This document shows positions 26,958-32,135 of a DNA stretch of 32,135 bases, in pieces. The notes below the pieces were generated by a model, which ran no database searches, was not told the DNA's origin, and saw only the letters and a program-made list of their open reading frames with translations. A program made the position numbers and the translations under genes. The stretch is from an uncultured bacterium (GTDB lineage: Bacteria; SAR324; NAC60-12), in NCBI GenBank assembly GCA_964010765.1, contig CAXGMD010000039.1, forward strand, positions 1 through 32,135, read 5' to 3'. Each line of letters opens with the position of its first letter. Positions within the stretch are counted from its first letter, which is position 1.

Positions 26958-27114
26958 ATTATGATCTTGCGAATGTAGATTAACATTTAATAGTTCCTTA
27001 TTCTTTATAAGCAGAACTTTGAAAAGAGAAGAACAGATATTTTAATTGAAATTCACAAATAGAAATAACCAACTATTTTCTTTCATTCTAAAATCTTATT
27101 GAGTTTATATTACT

Positions 27115-27783
27115 ATGACTGATATCAAGAAAATTGGCATTATTGGCGGTTCAGGTGCACTTGGGTCAGCGTTAGCTCATAGATTCATTAAAGAAAGTTT
27201 TGAAGTGACAATTGGATCCAGATCTCCAGAAAAAGTGATCTCAAAAATTAGTGAATCAGACAAGGATTTGGGTCTTCAAAACCTAAAGATTCAAGAAATT
27301 GCTCAAACTGCCAGTGAAAGTGAATTGATTTTTCTTACGGTACCTTTTGCGGCTCATCAAAAAACTGTTCAAGTGATCCAGCCTTATGTTCAAGGGAAAA
27401 TTGTCGTTGACACTACGGTTCCACTTGTCCCCCCCAAGGTTGCGAGGGTGCAGTTACCTGACACAGGATGTGTTGCACGTAAGACCCAAGAGATTTTGGG
27501 GAATGATGTTTATGTCGTATCTGCTTTACACAACGTTGCAGCAACAGCACTTGCCAAATCTGAAACACTCGATGGTGAGGTAATGGTCTTCGGTAACAAT
27601 AAAGAAGCCAGAGAAACTGTTATTCAATTGATTTCGAAAATTTCTTTAAAAGGATGGCATTGTGGATCTATCGACAATGCAGTTGTTGCAGAAAGTTTAA
27701 CTCCAGTTCTAATTTTTATGAATAAATTTTACAACTTCAAGGGTTCTGGAATTAAAATTGTTGATGAAAGTATGAATCAATAA
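27115..27783 (+). CDS. npdG: F420H2:NADP+ oxidoreductase (NADPH-dependent F420 reductase)
   Basis: IGIIGGSGALG, IGSRSPEK, LTVPF, VVDTTVPL, VVSALHNVAA, ESLTPVLIFMN; clustered with cofECD. Confidence 0.88.
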   Translation: MTDIKKIGIIGGSGALGSALAHRFIKESFEVTIGSRSPEKVISKISESDKDLGLQNLKIQEIAQTASESELIFLTVPFAAHQKTVQVIQPYVQGKIVVDTTVPLVPPKVARVQLPDTGCVARKTQEILGNDVYVVSALHNVAATALAKSETLDGEVMVFGNNKEARETVIQLISKISLKGWHCGSIDNAVVAESLTPVLIFMNKFYNFKGSGIKIVDESMNQ

Positions 27784-27817
27784 TACTTATTTTTTTAAAT
27801 ATTTTACCTGTTTGATT

Positions 27818-29005
27818 ATGAACACATTTAATGCCCATCTTGGTATCAAAAAAGAGATTCGGGAATTAACCTTTTCACCAATCCGGGAAATTGTACGATT
27901 TGCTGAAAATCAAGATGAGGTAGTTCCATTTTGGTTTGGTGAACCTGATGTCAGCACTCCAGATTTCATTTCTAGAGCAGCAAAAGAAGCACTCGATAAC
28001 GGAGATACGTTCTATGCACCTAATGCAGGAATTCCAAAGTTAAGGGAGGCCATTGCTAATTACATGAACATTCTTTATCAAACCGAGATCACATTTGAGC
28101 AAATCACCGTCTCTGTTTCTGCAATGAATGCAATCATGATTGCAGCTCAAGCTTTGGTGCAACAAGATTCTAAAATTGTTGTCTTATTGCCAAGTTGGCC
28201 AAACATTCCAGCTGTGCAAAAAATTATGGGGGCAAGGGTAGAGGGTTTGCCAATACAGATGAAAGATGGGAAATGGAAACTCGATCTGGACCAACTCTTC
28301 GATGCCTGTGGATCTGATACATCAGTAATTGTTATCAATTCCCCCAACAATCCCTCTGGTTGGACCATGAGTACCGGGGAGCAAAGGGAAGTGTTAGATT
28401 TTGCTCGGAAGAAAGGGATCTGGATCGTTAGTGATGAGGTTTACGCACGTCTAAGCTTCAAACATAACCATGCGCCATCCTTCTGCGAAATCATCGATTC
28501 GGATGACAGGGTTGTAGTAGTAAACAGCTTTTCCAAATCATGGGCAATGACTGGCTGGCGTCTGGGATGGCTGACTGCTCCGTTTGAAGTTAGCAAGGAA
28601 TTTGAGAAACTCACAGAATACAATGTTGCAGGCCCACCACCTTTCATCCAGCAAGCTGGAGTTGTTGCTTTGAGAAACGGAGAAGCCTTCATTAAGGAAA
28701 GCAATGAGAGGTATTTGAAAGCTCTTTCAGTGTTTTCAGATTGGGCTAGTTCAGAAGATCGGATTGAATTTGATAGACCGGAAGCTACCTTTTATGCATT
28801 CTTTAGTGTTAATGATGGTACTGACAGCATGAGCATGGCCAAAGATTTACTGATCAGCCATAACGTCGGGCTCGCTCCTGGTTGTGCTTTTGGACAACAA
28901 TTTGACTCTTACCTTCGACTCTGTTTTGCGGCTTCATTACCGAAACTGGAGAGAGGATTAGAGAGTATTTCTTCTTGGCTTCAGGGTCCAATTGGCAAAA
29001 AGTGA
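27818..29005 (+). CDS. PLP-dependent aminotransferase, class I/II (AspB-like)
   Basis: WFGEPD, YAPNAGIPKLREAIA, INSPNNPSGW, SDEVY, PLP-Lys motif NSFSKSWAMTGWRLGW, LAPGCAFG, LRLCFA; ATG 27818 (track start TTG 27812). Confidence 0.92.
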   Translation: MNTFNAHLGIKKEIRELTFSPIREIVRFAENQDEVVPFWFGEPDVSTPDFISRAAKEALDNGDTFYAPNAGIPKLREAIANYMNILYQTEITFEQITVSVSAMNAIMIAAQALVQQDSKIVVLLPSWPNIPAVQKIMGARVEGLPIQMKDGKWKLDLDQLFDACGSDTSVIVINSPNNPSGWTMSTGEQREVLDFARKKGIWIVSDEVYARLSFKHNHAPSFCEIIDSDDRVVVVNSFSKSWAMTGWRLGWLTAPFEVSKEFEKLTEYNVAGPPPFIQQAGVVALRNGEAFIKESNERYLKALSVFSDWASSEDRIEFDRPEATFYAFFSVNDGTDSMSMAKDLLISHNVGLAPGCAFGQQFDSYLRLCFAASLPKLERGLESISSWLQGPIGKK

Positions 29006-29771
29006 TCCCGGAACGATTCAAATACATTCCTTACCTGGCATTCCTCTAATTGAGAAAGGAGATAATCTTTGCCAACTAATTTTGGATGCAATTGCAGCAA
29101 AAAATCTCATCCTAAAGGATGGCAGCATTTTGGTTATTGCTCAGAAAGTAGTCTCAAAAGCTGAAGACCGACTTGTCAATTTGAAGACAATCAAACCGAC
29201 AGCCCTGGCAATCGAGTATTCCGTAAAAACTGATAAAGATCCTCGACTAGTAGAATTGATTCTTCAGGAGTCAAAAAACGTCATTCGCTACCGTCAAGGA
29301 GTCCTTGTTGTCGAAAATCACCAAGGACTGATTATGGCCAACGCTGGTATAGACCATTCCAATGTAGACCAGGACTCGGAAAATGACTGGGTCCTTCTCC
29401 TGCCAGAAAATTCTGATGAATCAGCAGCTTCATTACAGAATGAGTTTCTAAGCAAAACAGGTTGTAAAATTGGTGTAATCATTAATGACAGTATAGGAAG
29501 AGCGTGGCGCAATGGGACGATCGGAACTGCAATTGGGGTGGCAGGTCTCTCCTCAATCGTAGACCTAAGAGGTCGAGCAGACCTCTTTGGCAATCAACTT
29601 AGAGTCAGTGAAGAAGCCATTGCTGATGAACTAGCTTCTGCAGCATCACTAATACAGGGACAAGCAGATGAAGGTCTGCCTGTTGTACTCATCGAAGGAT
29701 ATTCCACAAGTTCTCAGCATATACCAGCCTCAGAACTAATCCGGCCCGAAGAGAAAGATTTGTTTCGATAG
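28992..29771 (+). CDS. cofE: Coenzyme F420-0:L-glutamate ligase (stand-alone, no nitroreductase domain)
   Basis: PGIPLIEKGDNL, QKVVSKAEDR, ANAGIDHSN, DSIGRAWRNG, DELASAASL, C-terminal RPEEKDLFR; TTG start. Confidence 0.92.
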   Translation: MAKSDPGTIQIHSLPGIPLIEKGDNLCQLILDAIAAKNLILKDGSILVIAQKVVSKAEDRLVNLKTIKPTALAIEYSVKTDKDPRLVELILQESKNVIRYRQGVLVVENHQGLIMANAGIDHSNVDQDSENDWVLLLPENSDESAASLQNEFLSKTGCKIGVIINDSIGRAWRNGTIGTAIGVAGLSSIVDLRGRADLFGNQLRVSEEAIADELASAASLIQGQADEGLPVVLIEGYSTSSQHIPASELIRPEEKDLFR

Positions 29772-30736
29772 TGGAAATCAAAAAGCAACATCACTCACCA
29801 AAGTTTATCGCAGTTTCAGGAGGTGTCGGCGGAGCCAAGTTAGCGCTAGGCTTAGAAAAAATAGTTCAATCTCAAGACCTGATGGTTATCGGCAATGTTG
29901 GAGACGACTTCCGACATTTTGGATTACATATCTCTCCAGATATCGACACCTTGCTTTATACCTTGTCTGGAAAATCAGATGTTGAAAAAGGTTGGGGATT
30001 AGCTAATGAAACTTGGGAGTTCATGTCGGCGATGAAAGAACTAGGAGGAGACACATGGTTTCAGCTTGGTGACCGAGATTTAGCTACACATGTAGAACGA
30101 ACACGTCGCCTTCAGAGTGGTGAAAGTCTTTCGGAAATCACTGACTATTTCAGAAAGACTTTTGGCATTGGAGCTACAATTGTTCCCGCAACCGATGACC
30201 AGTTACGTACAATTCTAGAAACAGATATTGGTGTCTTAAATTTTCAGGAATATTTTGTTCGGGAACGCTGCAATCCACGAATTTATAATCTGTACTTCCA
30301 AGGTTTTGAATCCGCTTTCCCGCAACAAGAATTGACCAAAGCGCTTAGAAGTAAAGAATTGCAGAACATTATTTTCTGCCCCTCAAATCCATTGCTCAGC
30401 ATTGACCCTATTCTCTCAATTCAAGGACTTAAGAGAGCATTCGCTGACTCTGGAGCAAAAATAGTAGCTGTCACACCTATTGTTGGTGGAGCCGCGATCA
30501 AAGGACCTGCAGCGAAGAATTTGAAAGAGCTTGGCTATCCAGTTTCTGCAACTACCGTTGCCAAGCACTACCAGGGAATGATTCATGGATTTGTACTAGA
30601 TAAGAGAGACCATCAAGAGGCTCAACAAATTGAAGAACTTGGAATCGCAGTCTTAGTTGCTGACACGATAATGAACGATCTAGAAACTAAGATTCAGCTG
30701 GCTGAGAAAACGCTTCGGTTCGCCAATTCTATCTGA
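29771..30736 (+). CDS. cofD: 2-phospho-L-lactate/PEP transferase (CofD/FbiA)
   Basis: SGGVGGAKL, NVGDDF, ISPDIDTLLYTL, WFQLGDRDLATH, FQEYFV, PSNPLLSIDPIL, KGPAAK; GTG start overlaps the cofE stop. Confidence 0.94.
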   Translation: MEIKKQHHSPKFIAVSGGVGGAKLALGLEKIVQSQDLMVIGNVGDDFRHFGLHISPDIDTLLYTLSGKSDVEKGWGLANETWEFMSAMKELGGDTWFQLGDRDLATHVERTRRLQSGESLSEITDYFRKTFGIGATIVPATDDQLRTILETDIGVLNFQEYFVRERCNPRIYNLYFQGFESAFPQQELTKALRSKELQNIIFCPSNPLLSIDPILSIQGLKRAFADSGAKIVAVTPIVGGAAIKGPAAKNLKELGYPVSATTVAKHYQGMIHGFVLDKRDHQEAQQIEELGIAVLVADTIMNDLETKIQLAEKTLRFANSI

Positions 30737-30762
30737 AACTCTCCTCCCATAGTTATTATTTT

Positions 30763-31410
30763 GTGTGGGCACTAATTCCATTCAAACAAGTTCAGAAGGC
30801 AAAGCAAAGACTCTCATCAATTCTTTCAATCGAGGAGCGGCAAATTTTGTCTCTCAGAATGTTGGAGGATGTTCTCGCTGCCGCAAAAACAAGCGGTGTT
30901 TTCGACGGGATTATTGTTGCAACAAATTGCAATGAAGGAATTCTAGTAGCCAGCAAGATGGGCGCTGAGCATTTTGAGACCTTTGTAGATTCAGGGCTCA
31001 ATAGTGATGCAATGAAGGCCGCGAATTGGTTAAGTTTGCAGGGAATCAAAACAATGTGTTTATTTCCAGCAGACATCCCACTAGTAAGCGAATCAGAGTT
31101 TCAGCAGATAGCAATTGACCATGCATCACATCAGGGATTGACGATTGTTCCCTCTCATGACTGCAAAGGCACAAACTGTATGCTTCTTTCACCACCCAAT
31201 ATCCTACCCTTCTGTTTCGGGATAAATAGTTACGCTGAGCATATTCGGCAGGGAATTAAATTGAATCTCTCTTGTCAATCAAAGCATTTTCGTGGGATTG
31301 CACTTGATATCGACAATCCCAATGACCTAAAAACGTTGGCGATGGCAACCCAGAAGACTCAAAGCTTAAGCTATTTAAAGAAGATCAAAATTGATCTTCG
31401 ATTTAATTAG
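30763..31410 (+). CDS. cofC: 2-phospho-L-lactate/PEP guanylyltransferase (CofC/FbiD)
   Basis: WALIPFK...AKQRLS, MLEDVL, GLN, PADIPLV, GTNCM, FGINSYAEH, DIDNPNDL; GTG start. Confidence 0.92.
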   Translation: MWALIPFKQVQKAKQRLSSILSIEERQILSLRMLEDVLAAAKTSGVFDGIIVATNCNEGILVASKMGAEHFETFVDSGLNSDAMKAANWLSLQGIKTMCLFPADIPLVSESEFQQIAIDHASHQGLTIVPSHDCKGTNCMLLSPPNILPFCFGINSYAEHIRQGIKLNLSCQSKHFRGIALDIDNPNDLKTLAMATQKTQSLSYLKKIKIDLRFN

Positions 31411-31976
31411 TTTTTGTGATGGGCTTCAGCCCAACTTGGTCCACCTGTAGAAGTGACCCAATAACTTTTTGCCCATCCAACACCTTGCCAAGTTCGCATT
31501 TTGGTAGGACGAAGTCTGAAAAGCCACCTTGGTTGATTTAGTGTAGGTCCAAGATACGTTGGCCCGTCTGGTCCCAAATATCTCAGAGACATTTTTTCAG
31601 CGATGCCAACCCACTGCCCTTCAACAACATTTTCTTCGACCAATTCAGCTATTCCCTCGCAAATAACTTTTTCCATCGTTTGGTCATCATCCACAACCCA
31701 GCTACAGCGAGAGTCGTTTTTCAAATACTCAGCCCATTTAGATTTAGCCCTTGGAATGACCCAAAAACATCCATTGTTACAATCGCAAGATGAACCATTT
31801 TCGCACACCTCCTGACTTTCCCAATGATGCCAACATGGAACAGCAAACGGTGAACCATCAGGTTTTAAGCAGGCTAACCGCAATGTGTAGCCCTTGTCGA
31901 GAAATACGTCTATTTCTTCTTTACTCATTTTTCCGACAGGTTTTTGGTGCTCAACATTGGAATATTTTTCTTCCAT
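31407..31976 (-). CDS. Pyridoxamine 5'-phosphate oxidase-like split-barrel protein (FDOR superfamily), probably F420-dependent
   Basis: MSKEEIDVFL, LRLACLKPDGSPFAVPCW, YLKNDSRCSWVVD, VICEGIAELV, RWLFRLRPTKMRTW; convergent with cofC; GAGG SD. Confidence 0.8.
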   Translation of the reverse strand: MEEKYSNVEHQKPVGKMSKEEIDVFLDKGYTLRLACLKPDGSPFAVPCWHHWESQEVCENGSSCDCNNGCFWVIPRAKSKWAEYLKNDSRCSWVVDDDQTMEKVICEGIAELVEENVVEGQWVGIAEKMSLRYLGPDGPTYLGPTLNQPRWLFRLRPTKMRTWQGVGWAKSYWVTSTGGPSWAEAHHKN

Positions 31977-32135
31977 TTCAATCCTCTAGTAAAGATTAGT
32001 TTACATTGAAGTTGATGACTTTGATCATATCTACAAAATGCCAATGAACATCAATCCTTGTGAATTGCGTCAAAAATTGAGATTATTTGGCCTTCTACAA
32101 GTTTTCCTTTTTTCTAACTAGTTTTCAACTCTATC

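Noticed and set aside
1..32135. CRISPR arrays, tRNA (including selC), rRNA, IS elements, and the remaining short alternative-frame ORFs of the track
   Set aside because: No repeat-spacer periodicity, cloverleaf or transposase/integrase motifs were seen by eye; the short ORFs lie within well-supported genes. A tRNAscan/Infernal run would be needed to exclude small RNAs

Overview
Gene-dense bacterial chromosomal window. Gene content and protein style suggest a marine deltaproteobacterium such as SAR324, but that is inference only. From left to right it carries: a MetE-like Zn thiol-alkyltransferase and an SDR; a translationally coupled CYTH/CHAD (polyphosphate-binding) protein and orphan ParA ATPase; a 1516-aa single-chain biotin-dependent carboxylase (CT-alpha, linker, CT-beta, BC, BCCP); a convergent TCA operon (icd-mdh-sucC-sucD); three hypothetical genes, two of which overlap head-to-head in their signal-peptide-coding ends; a housekeeping run (mnmA-aroK-xseB, a ~400-nt structured leader, then rne-selA-rfbD-hyp-DUF455-EamA); a PhyH-family 2OG-Fe(II) dioxygenase and a small lipoprotein. 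From ~26 kb there is a more AT-rich block with a coenzyme F420 locus (npdG, PLP aminotransferase, cofE, cofD, cofC), flanked by a divergent beta-hydroxyacid dehydrogenase and a convergent PPOX/FDOR protein with a Cys-rich insert. No rRNA, tRNA, CRISPR array, integrase or transposase was recognised. The best candidates for undescribed biology are the CHAD-ParA pair (possible polyP-granule positioning system), the F420 locus with embedded accessory enzymes, and the single-chain carboxylase.
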